Assembly (NCBI GenBank): GCA_013239625.1 | Contig: MU053934.1 | Span: 9,073,352-9,137,351 of the forward strand | Reading direction: 5' to 3' | Length of the DNA stretch: 64,000 bases | DNA from: Lama guanicoe | Lineage: Eukaryota | In this document: positions 1 through 12,959 of the stretch, one piece after another | How the letters are laid out: every line of letters starts with the position of its first letter | How positions within the stretch are numbered: the first letter of the stretch is position 1 | Position numbers and translations under genes: made by a program | Notes under the pieces: generated by a model | What the model saw: the letters and a program-made list of their open reading frames with translations, nothing else | The model's database searches: none | What the model was told of the DNA's origin: nothing

Positions 1-2194
1 TCCAGCAGCGCGCTCTCGCCTCCATTCCTTTGAAGGTGGGGCTCTGTGAGCAGTGGACACTGTGGGTGGGGCAGCTTTGCAGGAAAATAGTTCTAATAGG
101 GTATACGAGTATCTTGCCAGTATATTTCATACAGCAAAATGTTTTTCTTTTTGCAAGACATCAAATTATAACAGTTTTATCAATAAGTGCTTTTGCAGGC
201 TTCATCTGGTTCCAGTTTCCTTGTAATGATCTCAGATGTGGCTAGATAAAACTGGAGGGGGGCATTGCTTATACAACTTTCCCGGGATCAGAGACCCTTC
301 TGTCTAGAGGGGAGCTCAGAGCTCAGAGGGTGTAGTGTTAAGGTGAAGTCATCCAGCTCGTAGCAGGCTTGGCTGGACCAGAGGCTGTGTCCTGCGGGCC
401 GGCCCTCTTTCCACCGGGCTACCTCCTTTAACCCCCAGGCAGGTCCTAACTAGAGGCCAGGGCCGGAGGGAGTCAGCTACCTACGTGTTATCAGGAGGGT
501 CCTTCGTCCACCCACTCAGTGGTGGGGACTAGGACTCAACCAGAGCTGGGAGGCTGGTCCCAGCTCTGAAAGTGACTTGAGGGGGCTTGAGCAACTCCCA
601 CACCCTCTCTGTTCTGTTCCCTTCAGTATGGAATGAAAACTCTGCTCTAGGAAATTATTATAATTGAAGTCTCTTACATTTAGTCACTAATTTAATCCTC
701 TCAACAACCCCATGAAGTAGGTACTACTATTATTTCCATTTTATAGAAGAATAAACTAAGGCCCAGAGCAGTTACTCCAGCAGGTGACATGATCCAAAAG
801 GATAAACGGGTTCCAGAAAAATACTGTCTCAGCCTGTTAGCATAAAAATGCTGTGAGAGCTGGCATGTTAAAAACCAGTCCTGGCACCCAGCCCTTGCTC
901 AGGACCCCGGGTAGTAAAAAGAGGACACGGGACCCCATACTCCTAACCAGTTGGCCGAACAGCACTCCAACTCCATAAACCAGTGCTGTGTGTACCAGAG
1001 GCTCTTTTGAAAAGATGGGCATTTTCCGCGGGGGGAAGAAGGAGACCCCAGAAGCCAGAGCCATAGTCTGGGCCCTTGAGGGGCTCTCAGCCGGCGTGAC
1101 GGGAGGCGGCCCCCCCACAAGGTGACGGCACCTGTCCTGGTTCAGATCCAAGGATGAGCCCGTCCTGTGCTGGCTGGTCGTGCAGCCCAGAGTCTGGCCT
1201 GGCCCTGCGTCTCCCTCTGGTGTGGCCTGAGTCAGGCCCTCCTCGCTGCTGTCTGGGGTGGGGCTTAGAAGCCCCCCCCCAGGAACCCAAGGTCGAGGTC
1301 ATAGTGCTCCTCCCACTGCAGGTGGAGGGGTGCCTGTGGGGTCTGCGGGCTCTGGCTGCGGGATGCTGGAAGCCGTCTGGAACTGTCCTCAAGGTGGAGA
1401 GTCACCCCTTTCCTGGCACTTCTGTGAAGGAAAGTACTCTTGGCGGGTCCTGGGTCCTGGGTCCTGGACACAGCAGGGCGGGCCCAGCATCTGAAGAGGA
1501 CGGTCCTGGAAGTTGTCATGTTCCTGCTTAATCTGTTGGGACACTGCCCCCGGCCTTGCCAAGTAACCTTGCCAGAGCGCTGTGCCAACACGGCCAGCGC
1601 CAGGAGTCTGGAAACCAGATTCCCACCCAGCTCTGTTGCCGACTTCCTGGGGGATCCAAAGCACAGGGCCTCCGGTTACTCCTTCCCGAGGCCAGCGTCC
1701 CAGAGCCTTCTTTTCCCCACGTGAAGGGTTTGTGATATGCTGTCACCTGCAGGGCCAGCTTCAGGCCACTCAGAGGGGACGCCCCACAGACAGGGTCTGG
1801 ACCCGCTGGGATCTTACTCAGGCCCAGGACGGGGTCTGTGACGGGCACTCAGCCGGATCTGGGGAGGACACGGAAACTGCAGGTCAGCTGAGCAGCTCCC
1901 TTTACATGGATGGGGAAACTGAGGCCCAGAGGGGAAGTGCTTGTCTGAGTTCCCTTAGCTGCTAAGTGGTGCCATTTGTAGGCTGTTTTTCAGTTCTGTT
2001 CAGCCGACAGTTCCCAAGTGTCTCCTGTGAGCCTGGTCTGGCCACTGAGGAGCCGTTTGTCACACATCTGAGTGTCAGCTTGTACCTCCATTTATTCAGC
2101 ACGCACTCGTTGAGGGGTCAGGCCTTGGACTAGGTCCCAGGGACACGGGATAAGGGCTAAGGTCCGGGTCCACTCCTGGAGTGTGTGTGCTGGT

Positions 2195-2612
2195 TGAGTC
2201 TCCTGTGGCTCTGGACCGAACTACTGCAACCAAGTGACTTAAAACAAGAGAAATTTCTCTCTCACTGTCCTGGAGGCCAGAAGCCAGACATTCAGGTGTC
2301 TGCAGGGCTTTGCTTCCTCCAGAGGCCTGGGGGAAGACCCGTCCTTGTCCCTTGCAGCTCCTGGTGACTCCAGGAACTCCTCGGCTTGTGACTGCATCAC
2401 TCCGCCCTCCTCCTCTGTCTCTCCTTTGGGCGTTTCTAAGGACACTTGTCATGGGACTTAGGGCTCACCTGGATAATACAGGACAGTCTTCATCTTGAGA
2501 GCCTTAATTACATCTGCAAAGACCCTCATTCCAAATAAGGTCACATTCATAGGTTCTAGGGGTCAGGACATGGACAGGTCTCTCTAGGGGCCACGCTGGA
2601 CCCACTGCACAA
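2195..2612 (-). mobile_element. MaLR LTR remnant (MLT1-like)
   Basis: aaatttctctctcactgtcctggaggccagaag...gcaaagaccctcattccaaataaggtcacattc motifs; ends approximate. Confidence 0.75.
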
Positions 2613-4755
2613 ACCAGTGCACTAACAGTAAATGTAGAGACAGATGCACTGACGAGAGGTGTCGAAGGGATCCATGCCGCGACGACACACACCGTGGCAG
2701 TGGGACAAGGGTGGCTCTCGAGTGGGTGGTGAGGCCGGGGATGATGCTTGAGCTCAGATGTGAATGGCAAGGGGCCACCTGTGACAAGCATTTGGGCAAA
2801 GGGCACAGCAGGCACCAGGTGCCTGGGAGGGACCGGAGGAGGGTTTACCGCTGGGGGTAGAATAAAGGGAGGGGAGTGGAGGATGCCTGAGAGGGCGACC
2901 GAGGTGGGAGGGGCCAAGGCAGTCGTGCAGGGCCTTAAAAATTAGGGTGCAGACTGTGAATTTTATCCTAAACCCACTGGGAAGCTGGGGGAGGCTGTTC
3001 AGCAGGGGAGTGACGTTACCTGACTTTTATTTCTAGAAGTCCCTCTGTTCTGTGTGGTGAAGGGAGTCGAGGATGGAGGTGGAGTAAGCCTGGGAGGGGA
3101 GGGGGGGGTCCTGCAGGGTCCAGGGCCAGTGATGCCCAGGAGGGGTGGTGGTCTGGGGGCTGGGGAAACACGGACAGATCTAGGGCGTCTGGAGGCAGGG
3201 TGGACAGGACTTGCTGAGGGCTTGGGTGTGGAGGGTGAGGGAGACGGAATAATTCAGGCTGACCCAGTTATTTTGGCCCGAGCCTCTGGAGGCACGATGA
3301 CTGCTAATTACTAAGGCGGAGAAGCTGGACAGGGGTGGGGGTCCGAGCTGTGCGTGGACACCCTGAGCTTCCTGTGAGGTGTCCAGGTGGAGCCTGGGCT
3401 CAGGGGCGAGGCCAGGCTGTAGGCAGAAATGGGGGCGTCTCCACTCAGAGAGGAGGCTGGACGGGACCACCCGGGGAGGCAGAGGGGGAGGGAGGGAGGA
3501 AGGACAAGGGGACCAGGGGCCACAGGACTGACCCCTCCCAGGCAGTTTGGTGGGGGAGGAGCAGCACTGCGCCCGCCTCCTCGGGGGTCCCCAGAGCCCT
3601 GGCGGGTGGCGGGGATGCTGCGGGACTGGCTTTCAGGTGCCAGCTGTCACTGGTTTTGTGCTAATGGCTGAGCCAGTGTTTTCTTCTTTTTCCTTTCCCT
3701 TTCCTTTTCTCTTCTTCTTCTTCTTTTTTTTTTTTTTGAGCCGGTATTTTTCTTAAACGTATTTTTCCTTTTGGATTGCATGGCCTGCTGGAGAGAAATG
3801 TACTGTGATTGTGCTACCTACATGTGCTTGTTGCTTTGACATGACTTCTCCCCGCTGCACTGCTCCCACATCATCCAGTATTGGTGTGAGGACCCCAGGC
3901 ACAGAGAGGCCAGGCAGTGCACTCTGGGGGCACACAGTTGCTGGGTGGCAGCACCGGGATTCCAACTCGCGCAGCCTGGCTCTCGCATCATATTCTTAAG
4001 CAGGACACTGAACGGCCTCACTTCACTTTCCAACCGAAAAGTCTCCATTCTTCTAAGTCCAGATTCAGGGGGAAGCCAGTCTCCATCGGCGTTTTATGGT
4101 GTGTGTGTGTGAGTTTAGAGTCGAGGCTGGATTCAGATGCTGCCTCTGTGTTTGTTGCTTGGCCTCCGGCAACTTGCTTTATCCCTTCCTGTCCCCTGGT
4201 TCATAAAGTTGCTAGGATCACAGCTAGAGATCATTTGTCCGTTCACTCCTTCATAGACATCTACTGCGTGCCTGCTCTGGGGCAGGTGTGCGGCAGGTGC
4301 AGACGGAGATGCCTGCCTAGCCCTCATGGCACTAAGTACACACACAGGTAATTGTTTGTGCTAAGTGCTGGGTGGTTCGGGGGAGCAGAGAGACCATGGA
4401 AGAGAGGAAGCGCATCTGCCCTGTGTTCCTGTGTGCGCACACATGTGCATTGGGGTGGGTTAGGGAGGACTTCCCGGAGAAGAGGACCTTTGAACTGGTG
4501 TGGGTGTGAGCGAGCTAGCCCGCGGAGAGAAGTGGACCCGAGACCACGCAGCCTGACGGAGCTTCAGTTTCCAAAGGCCGAGTGCAGGGGACGCGTGGCA
4601 GGTGTGCACACAGTCCGAGAGGCGAGAGGAAAACCAGGGGAGATAGGTCCTACAGGACGGGATGCTATAGTGATGTCAGGGTGGAGTGAGGACGGTCACG
4701 AGTCTGCTGACCACCCTCTGCTGACCACCGCTCACTGAGCTGTACCCTACCCCCC

Positions 4756-4879
4756 TTTTGTGGGGGGGTGGTAGTTTAGGTCTATTTATTTACTTATTTT
4801 TTAACAGACGTACTGGGGATTGAACCTAGGACCTCATGCATGCTAAGCACACACTCTACCACTGAGCTATACCCTCCCC
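4756..4879 (-). mobile_element. tRNA-Ala-derived SINE (Vic-1-like, camelid)
   Basis: Reverse complement GGGGAGGGTATAGCTCAGTGGTAGAG..CTTAGCATGCATGAGGTCCTAGGTTCAATCCCCAGTAC plus A-rich tail; pol III A and B boxes. Confidence 0.88.
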
Positions 4880-5204
4880 TGCCCCTTTTTAGCTTTTAAA
4901 ATCATCTTTATTTTGGTTGCAAAGTTACAATTTACTTTGTTCATTAGCATTTTCACCATTCGCATTTGAGGTCTCCTAGCTTGCCATGGAAAACATTGCA
5001 TTCACTGCCAAGGTGGTATACAAGAACATTCTAAAATACAACTTGAGCAGGTTAATCCTCCTTACCAGTATTCAGATTAGTGCATTAAAACAACATCGAC
5101 TGGAAACAGCAGGTGACTTCATTGGTAGAACATCCAATTCCTTTCCTAATGAAAGGCGGTACAAAGTTGTACACAAACACTCAGTTTTTTAAATGCCTTT
5201 TTAA

Positions 5205-5490
5205 AATTCGCAAAACATAAAATCGACCATTTTAACCGTCTTGAAGTGCACAGGTCAGTGGCATTAACACACTCACACTGTTGTGCAACCATCACCACCA
5301 TCCATCTCCAGAACTTTCTCATCTTCCCAAGTGGAAACTCTGTCCCCAGTAAACACTTACCCCCTCCCCCAGCCCTTGGCACCCAGCATTCCACTTTCTG
5401 TCTTGATGGATTTGACTGTTCTCAGGACCTCATGTAAGTGGAATCATTTGTTTGTTCTTTTGTGACTGGTTTACTTCACTTAGTGTCATG
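5205..5490 (-). mobile_element. L1MB-like 3' end remnant
   Basis: ttgtgcaaccatcaccaccatccatctccagaactttctcatcttccca...gacctcatgtaagtggaatc. Confidence 0.75.
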
Positions 5491-8400
5491 TGGTCAACAG
5501 CACACATTCAAAAGAAGTGTTAGGTGTAATGGGTGCCCAGTTGTCAAAAACAACAATCAATGGAGAGTTACATCCCCAAAGTGATTTTAACTCAAGGATG
5601 CATATATACCCATTGTTCTTCAGGACATCAAAGAAAGTAAATAATCGTCCACAAAACCAACTGTCATCCTCAGCACGGTGTTCGTAGAACAGCCAACTTG
5701 GAATCTTAAGAATCTGAACCCAAGATTGACAAAGGAAGGCGTTCAGCCCAGAACTGTTTGTCCCGATAGTGAAATATTAGAGGTGACGCCAGGAAAGGGG
5801 GAACGGGTTAGAGCTGATACTTCTACTCGACGGTGTGACGCGGTGGCTTAGAAAGGAATTTAAGGGGCCAAAGGGGTGAGAGGTGGTGAATGAATGGAAG
5901 GGCCGTCTTGGCGAGGATCACCACACATCAGGCTGTTTGTCAGCATGAGGACAGAGATGTCTGCTCTGACCTCTGCCTCGTCACTGTCTAGCCTGGCCAT
6001 GGTCCCCGGTGGATGCCCCATGGCCTCGCTGATGGGCTGTGTGGGAACAGCCCCTTGGCTGGTGGGGGCGCCTCCCACGCAAGGAGGGGCCGCTGACCCC
6101 GGCCGCTGGGAGGCTCCGCTTTGCACGAGTCCCAGCTTTGTGGCTGCTTGGAGCGTTCCAGAGACATTCCAGGTTTCTGGACTGAGCAAAGGACTTAACA
6201 TTTTATTGTCCTGCTGAGAATAAGGTTCAGAGTGCTCAAGGCTCCCCAGCAGGAATCATTTCCACGTGTTTCTACAGCACAGGGCACTAGGTGCCCCGCC
6301 TACTGAGCCGGCTGCAGGCGTCTGGCTCAGAGCCGGGGGAGGCGCAGGGGCTGCCCCCGTCCCTGGGCCACTCTGACCCCACGGTGGGGCCGTGGCTCCC
6401 CCATTTCTCATGGGCCATGGCAAGCCAATCTCCCTTGTTCCTTTCCCACTGTTTGGTTGCTGTAATCTAGCCGCTGTTTACTGGAGCTCACGATGTGCTC
6501 AGAACTTTGTAAGGAAGGTATCCTATGGCTCAGAGAGGGGAAGTAGCCTGCCCGAGGTCACAGAGCAAGAAAGCGCTGGAGGTGGGATGGGAGCCCAGGG
6601 CTGTCTGGCCCAGAAGCTGACTCTCTTTCTGCTCCACTCTGTAGCTGCCTGGTGCCAGCTTTGTGCTGAGGTCTGAGAGGACAGGAGACTGGCCAGCTCA
6701 TGTGCAGGGGTAGGGCAGGACAGAGTGTTGGGAAGTGTGATTTTACCCCAGACCAGGCTGCAGGAGTGGGTGAGAGACTAGAGGTGGGTGGGCGAGGGAA
6801 GGAGAGAGGCTGTGAGAAGCCATGAGGGGTGAGACCCTGGGCAGGAGAGCTGAGGGGGCCTGGCTGGAGTTGGGGTGAAGCGGGAGCTGGGGCAGCACAG
6901 GGGACATCAGTCTCTGTCTCAGGCCACGTGTCTGGGCCCCAGTCATCCGGCGGGTGGACCACGAGGCATGTTTATCTCTGGCAAGAGATGTCCTGCGATT
7001 TGTGATTGGAGCAAGAGTGACCAAACGAATGAGTGGGAGCCTTCGTGGTCACCCCCGTTAGCCATCCTTTGTGATGGGCCTCCACGTTTGGTGCTGGGAA
7101 GCCCATGACATTGATCTTATCTGAGCCTCATCCCCTGGTGACTCCCCCACGTTCACCAGACAGCTTTGTTGGGGGACAGCTAGGGTGGGGACCAGCCGAA
7201 CAGCCAGGTTGTAGTGGACGGGCAGGCTTTGCTGTGGGGTGGACCGTTATCCTTAACCAGACCACCCTGGACTTTCTCTGCCAGCCTGTGGCGGCTGTGA
7301 CAGTGAGGATGGGGCAGGTACACCTTCTGCTCAGGGTTCCCGGAAGCCCTGGGGTAGGGAGGTTGTCGTTGTCGGGGAACTTGGCGAGGCCCTTCCTCCT
7401 CCTGGCCTCAGCTCCTCAGCCTGGCACTGACGGTGCCCGTCGGGCTCTTTCTGGAGGTGACGATTGTTGCCACAGAGCATTAAAGGACACAGTGTTCCGG
7501 GTTCAGGTTGTCTGCAGAGTTGCTCAAGGTGGCTGCTGACAGATCCTCTAAGCTGGTGTTTCAGGACACATGGGCCTCGTGCTGAGCCCAGGAGTGACCC
7601 TCTTCTGAGGCCGCCCCTCCAAGGGCTGAGCCTTGGAAGAGGAATGAGTTCAAACAAAACACCCAAGGCCCTTGGTGCCAAGAAACTTGGCCAAGCCCCG
7701 TGGGGTTTACCCCGTGGAGCGCTGGGAAGCCAGCAGTGCGGAAACGTGGTGCTCCGTAAAGCCGTCTTTGAAATGTCCCACCGAGAGGTGACCTCCTGCC
7801 CCGGTGCAGGGGGCCTTGCTCTAAATGCCTCCTCCAGGCCACGGGAGGAACTCGTGCTGAGGGTGCCTTGGTACCTGGCTGCTCCTCCCTGCAGAATGGT
7901 GGGGTCCTGTCCTTCCTGTGGGCTGAGGGGCCCGGCGGGGCCGAGCGCTGGGCTGGGGGCTGGTGGCCCGGTTCCCGGTGCAGCCGTGAGGGCGTGGGTG
8001 CGCCGGCTCCTCCACCCCCTGAGCCTTCCATCTTTCCTTTCTGTAAGCGAAGCTGTGGTCTTTTGGCAAATCAAGGGCAGAGACCATCGGCAGGCCTTTT
8101 CCTCACCTGTCTGATGAGGACTGATGCTTCCCCAGCAAGCGGCCACGACGAAAAAGTGAGAGCGCTGAGTGGGGCCCAGAAACACCGGCGCCCTGCTTCC
8201 CGCCCGAGCGGCTGGCTGCGTTTGAGGCCCCGCACTTCCGTTCCCTCCTCTGCCTCCGGCTGAGGCGGCACCTCTCCCTGGCATCGCTCTCCACTCGCCA
8301 GGCTGGGTCCCCACTTCCCAGGGAAGCCTTCCCTGGTTATCCCAGTGTTTGGTGCCAGCTCTGCTCGGAATCTCCAGGCCTCCCCAGTTCGTGCTGTGTC

Positions 8401-8514
8401 CTGGACATGCTGCCCTCTGGGCTGGACGGCAGCTCGGACAGGCTGTGATCAGGAGCACCTGTCTGTCTTGCCCTCTGGACTGTGAAGGCAGGGAACCCCA
8501 TCCGGGCAGGCCCC

Positions 8515-8631
8515 ATCTGAGTTGCTGGCTTCTGGCCAGTGCAGGGACCCCGGGGGCCCCGTCAGAATTGGGTTTGGAAGACAGTAGCTGAGGTTTTGGG
8601 CCTTTCTAGAAGGAGCAGGGTGTGTGCTCCC
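8515..8631 (+). other. FBLN1: Non-coding homologue of a human cassette exon between FBLN1 exons 1 and 2
   Basis: Translates GTPGAPSELGLEDSS*GFGPF*KEQGVCS versus recalled human insert GTRGVSSECGFENSSLGFGPFWKEQVVYS; two stops and no GT donor here. Confidence 0.55.
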
Positions 8632-8872
8632 AGCCCGAGATCAGCGGAGTTTTCTGTTCGCGTTTGTTGAGTGACTAAAGGAGCGGTGTGCCATGCCTTC
8701 TCAGACCTGGCCTGATGCTGTAGAGGAGACCTAAGGAAGCGGGGTGCAGATGGTGCAGCTGGCAGCGGGAGCCCCGGGCCACCCGAGGGAGACTGTGTAT
8801 CAAAGGGGACCTTCGGTGGCGGGGCGTGGTGAGTCACTTGCCGTCAGTCACCCCATTTTCTTCCCTGCACAG

Positions 8873-8978
8873 CGGACACAGAGGTCCCCATGGAGGCTTG
8901 CTGTGCAGATGGACATCGAATGGCCACTCAGCACAGGGACTGCTCGCTGCCGTATGCCTCGGAATCCAAGGAATGCAG
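8873..8978 (+). CDS. FBLN1: Fibulin-1 exon 2 (anaphylatoxin-like module 1)
   Basis: ttccctgcacAG|CGGACA...TGCAG|GTacgt; 106 nt; encodes [35 protein letters not shown], matching the fibulin-1 N-terminus. Confidence 0.97.
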
Positions 8979-10382
8979 GTACGTTTGCCAGTGGCCTCCG
9001 TTTTACCAGAATGGTGTTCCTTTAGACAAAAGCAGGGGAGGAAGGGACAGTGGGTACCCGGCCTTTCCCCTTGGGAGAGGCCAGGAACCCCAGGTCAGAT
9101 CTGCCCAGGCCGTGAGAGGTGCTGTAGGCCGGGACCCCTGCTTCCCTCTTCTGTGCTCCCACGGTCCTCGTGTGGGACTCGGCTCACCCTTCCCTGGCTG
9201 CCCTGGCATTGTCAGGGCCTCTGACATCTCACTGGGCTGCATGCAAGGAGATCTGGGTTTGCAGCCCTCAGTGCCACAGCTGGCCACTGTGACCACGTCG
9301 CCCGAAAAGGGGGTGATTATTGGGGAGAGATGAGATCATGTGACCATAAGTGCTTTGCAAGTAAAAGCATGGGGCCACCTCCAGACCCCGGAAACCCAGA
9401 TGAGCCAGTCTCAGAGCAAAAGTCCTGCCAGATAGCTGTCTGCTTGAGGCAGTAGCCAACATCTGGGTCAGCTGTTCTTATTCCAGTCTCTCCCCTACAT
9501 TGACCCCAGCGCCCTCAAAGTTGTAGGAGACTGTCAGCTCCGAATCAATGATAAAGATCTGTGATGGCGGTCGTCACCGTGGAAATCACAGCGAGCCTTT
9601 ATGAAGCTCCCACTTTGTGCTCTGTACTCCCGTTTAACCCTGTTACTGGTCCCACCTACAGACGAGGAGACTGAGCGTTCCCCAGTCCACACAGCTGGCA
9701 GGTGATGGTGTTAGGACCTGGACCCAGATCTGCTTGCCTGGGGAGCAGAGGGTGTGAACGCGTTCCATCACTTGACATCCGTTCATTTTCTCTGCCTCTC
9801 ATCCGAGTCTGAGCAGCTCTGACACTTGGAACTGCAGGTTGCCGGCGAGAGCTGCCCCAGGAAGAAAGTGCAGGAAAGACTCGGTCGCTTCACTCTGGAG
9901 TTTTGCGTTTGTGTTGGCACCGAGCTGAGGCTGCTGCCTGCCAGCCGTGACAGAGGATGTAAATCTCAATTAAGGAAATTCTTGAAAAGTCAAAAGCACT
10001 ATAGAGCAAACAAAGGAAGAGGAGACAGGGCACCCAGACTGTCTGACTTGACTGGGGGACCACGCCTTTGGGATTTACGGTGCATCTGATGAGTGGGAGC
10101 TGGGGCTTTGGCTCCGGAGCGCGGCTTCGTGCTAGGAATGTCAGAGGGCGGCTGGCAGTTCCGGAGCCAAGCTGAGCGGTCAGTGCCAAGCGTTCTGCTT
10201 ACAGACAGCGCCCAGAGAGGCAGCCAGGCCCCCGGGAGCCACCCAGGCTGGATTTCTGGCTGTGTGGTGTGAGCCACAGTTTCCCCAAATGAAGAAAGAG
10301 GACAGGGATGTCTTCCTTTCAGGTTTGTGACAGTGACAGAGGTGAGCAAAGAAGCCAGCACCTAGAGGCCAGGCAGCGGGGA

Positions 10383-10756
10383 TGTATTTGTCTGCTCTGG
10401 CCGCCCTAACAGAGGCCTCAGCCCGGGTGGCTTAAGCCACAGACGTTTATTGCCTCACGTCTGGAGGACAGGAGTCTGGGATCGAGATGTTTGCAGGGCT
10501 GGCTTCTCCTGAGGCCTCTCTCCTGGCTTGTACACGCCACCTTCTCCCTGCGTCCTCACACGGTCCCCCTCGCTGTGTGTGTCTGTGTCCTAACCTCTTC
10601 TTAGGGGACACAGTCAGATAGCATTAGGCCCACCCTAATGACCATTTCACGTTAATTACCTCTTTAAAGACCCGATCTCCAAACTGGGTACTGGGTACTG
10701 GGGTCAGAACTTCAACATGGAGTTGCAGGGAGGGGGGCTGCAATTCAACCGTAACT
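10383..10756 (-). mobile_element. MaLR LTR remnant (MLT1-like)
   Basis: gggtggcttaag..tttattgcctcac..ttctcctgaggcctctctcctggcttg..taattacctctttaaagaccc..caattcaacc motifs. Confidence 0.78.
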
Positions 10757-10930
10757 TACAATCAAGGACTTACAAAGTGAGGCATCAGTCAGCTGAACCC
10801 CTCAAGCAGCTGGAGGCACTGAGGTCGGAGACTCAGGGGCTTCTGGGCCCTACTTGTGAACTTGGATTTTAGTCAGGATCAAGTCTATTACTGACTTCTA
10901 CTCACCAATGTCTTTGCTAAGTTATGGCAG

Positions 10931-11075
10931 TTTTTGTTTTTTTTTTGGCATGGGGAGAAATAATTAGATAAATAATTAATTTGTTTATTTGTTTATTTAA
11001 TGGAGATCCTGGGGATTGAACCCAGGACCTCGTGCATGCTAAGCAAGTGCTCTACCACGGAGCTGTGCCCTCCCC
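10931..11075 (-). mobile_element. tRNA-Ala-derived SINE (Vic-1-like)
   Basis: Same head (ctggggattgaacccaggacctcgtgcatgctaagc...ccctcccc) with a T-rich tail on the + strand. Confidence 0.88.
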
Positions 11076-12349
11076 ACGGAGTTTTCTTTAATCCCAGTGA
11101 GCCCCAGACCTTATAGAAGCTACCTGCTCGGCCATGCAGCGGGCATTCGTGCTGTGATCTACATCTGAGGCAGAGGTACATTTCAAACATGCATTAGGCA
11201 ATTTCCTGAAATGTAAGTCATATCATTATGAATGGCCAAGAGGGAATTCCTTCTCTCTTTTTGGGAAATGTGAGTGCCAGTCCAGGCTCCTCCTGACCCC
11301 GACTTGTTCCTGGTGGTGCATTCTAGTCTTAACCAAGGGCCAACATTTCTTAGGATCCAAATATAAATTTGCCTGAAACCTTGGACTGAATTGAGCCCAT
11401 GTGTCTCTTGGAGGAATTTGGACACACACAGAGCCAAAACCTTAAGAGGTCCTGGGACTGATGTATTTCAGTCTGGCGGACCCTCTCTGAACCCCTTCGT
11501 TTATTTATTTCACAAAAGTATTGAGGGCATCCCGGATGAGATGGGGATAAGTCAGGGAACAAAACCGGGGGAATCTCTTCTACGGAGGGTACGGGTGCTG
11601 ACAGAGTAGGGGAGCCTGCGGTTTGGAAGAAGGCACCAGGGGTCACGGGAAAGGAGAAGCCAGGGACGAGAGGCAGGGCTCCTCGTCAGGACAGGTTTAC
11701 AATTTTAGATGCAGCTGTTCGCGGGTGCCTTGCTGAGAACGGGCGTCTGAGCTGGGACCTGAAGGAGGTGAGCGAGCCGGGCAGGTGGACGCGAGGTCAC
11801 TTGCTCAAGTTGAAGGGCAGCTCGGGCAGCTCTCAGGACGCCCAGCACCCGTCCAACCCCACCAGGACAGAGCTGAGTAGCTACCGCCCCAAAGCCCCCT
11901 TGGTGTGGGAGGCTGTACTTGCCACCAGGCCATTCCTCTCTGTCCTTGAAGCCTCTGCACGGGCCTGGCTGGCACACAATAGGGCTGCAGCCAATCTTTT
12001 AAAAGATTGCAGCAAAATATACATAATACGAATTTTACCATCTTGCCCATTTTTAGGTGTACAGTTCAATACGTTACATCACTCTATTATAGCTATCCCC
12101 ACCATCCACCTCCAGAACTTTCCACCTTCCCAAAAGGAAACTCCATACCGGAGAAACAATTACCTACCCCCTAACCCAGCCCACCCTCTATCTTCTGTCT
12201 CTACGAATTTGACTCCTCTGGGTCCCTCATATAAGTGGAATCACGGTATTTGTTCTTTTGTGACTGGCGTGTTTCACTTAGCGATTGGTCCTCTGGGTTT
12301 ATCTGGGCTGTAACGTGCGTCAGGATTTCCTCCCTTGTCAAGGTGGAAC

Positions 12350-12855
12350 CCTTTATTTTTATTGAAGTCTAGTCAGTTTACAGTGCTGCGTCAATTTCTG
12401 GTGTACAGCATCATGTTTGTCATACATATGCATACATATATCCATTTTCATATTCTTTTTCATTATAGGTTACTACAAGATGTTGAATCTAGTTCCCTGT
12501 GCTCTACAGTCGGACCTTGTGGTTTATTTCATGTATAGTAGTGTGTATCTGCAAATCTCGAACTCCCAGTTTATCCCTCCCCACCCCCTTCCTCCCTGGT
12601 AACCATGAGCTTGTTTTCTGTTTATGAGTCTGTCTCTGTTTTGTAAAGAAGTGCATTTGTGTCTTTTTTTTTTTTTAGATTCCACATATGAGTGATATCA
12701 CATGGTATTTTTCTTTCTCTTTCTGACTTACTTCACTTGGAATGGCAGTCTCTAGGTCCATCCCTGTTGCTGCAAATGGCTCGATTTTATTCTTTTTCAT
12801 GGCTGAGTAGTATTCCATTGTATCTATTTACCACAACTTCTTCATCCAGTCATCT
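12350..12855 (-). mobile_element. L1 3' end (younger, artiodactyl-type) next to an older L1M fragment (~12010-12335)
   Basis: ttattgaagt..tttctggtgtacagca..tagttccctgtgct..tagattccacatatgagtgata..gctgagtagtattccattg are typical L1 3'UTR/ORF2-end motifs. Confidence 0.85.
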
Positions 12856-12859
12856 TAAA

Positions 12860-12959
12860 CATAACTTTTATATACACTAATAAGCCAAAAAATTCATGTG
12901 ACTCATTTTATTGTGGTGGTCTGGAACCAAACCTGCAACACCTCCGAGGTCTGCCTGTA
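12860..12959 (+). mobile_element. Tigger1-like DNA transposon terminal fragment
   Basis: ttttattgtggtggtctggaaccaaacctgcaacacctccgaggtctgcctgTA resembles the Tigger1 terminus with its TA target. Confidence 0.75.

Noticed and set aside
7331..8458. 375-aa minus-strand ORF
   Set aside because: GC-rich low-complexity translation with no recognisable domain or exon structure; expected by chance
1..8872. FBLN1 exon 1 (signal peptide) and main promoter
   Set aside because: No MERAAP-like or Leu-rich signal-peptide exon with a donor was found; presumed upstream of the window
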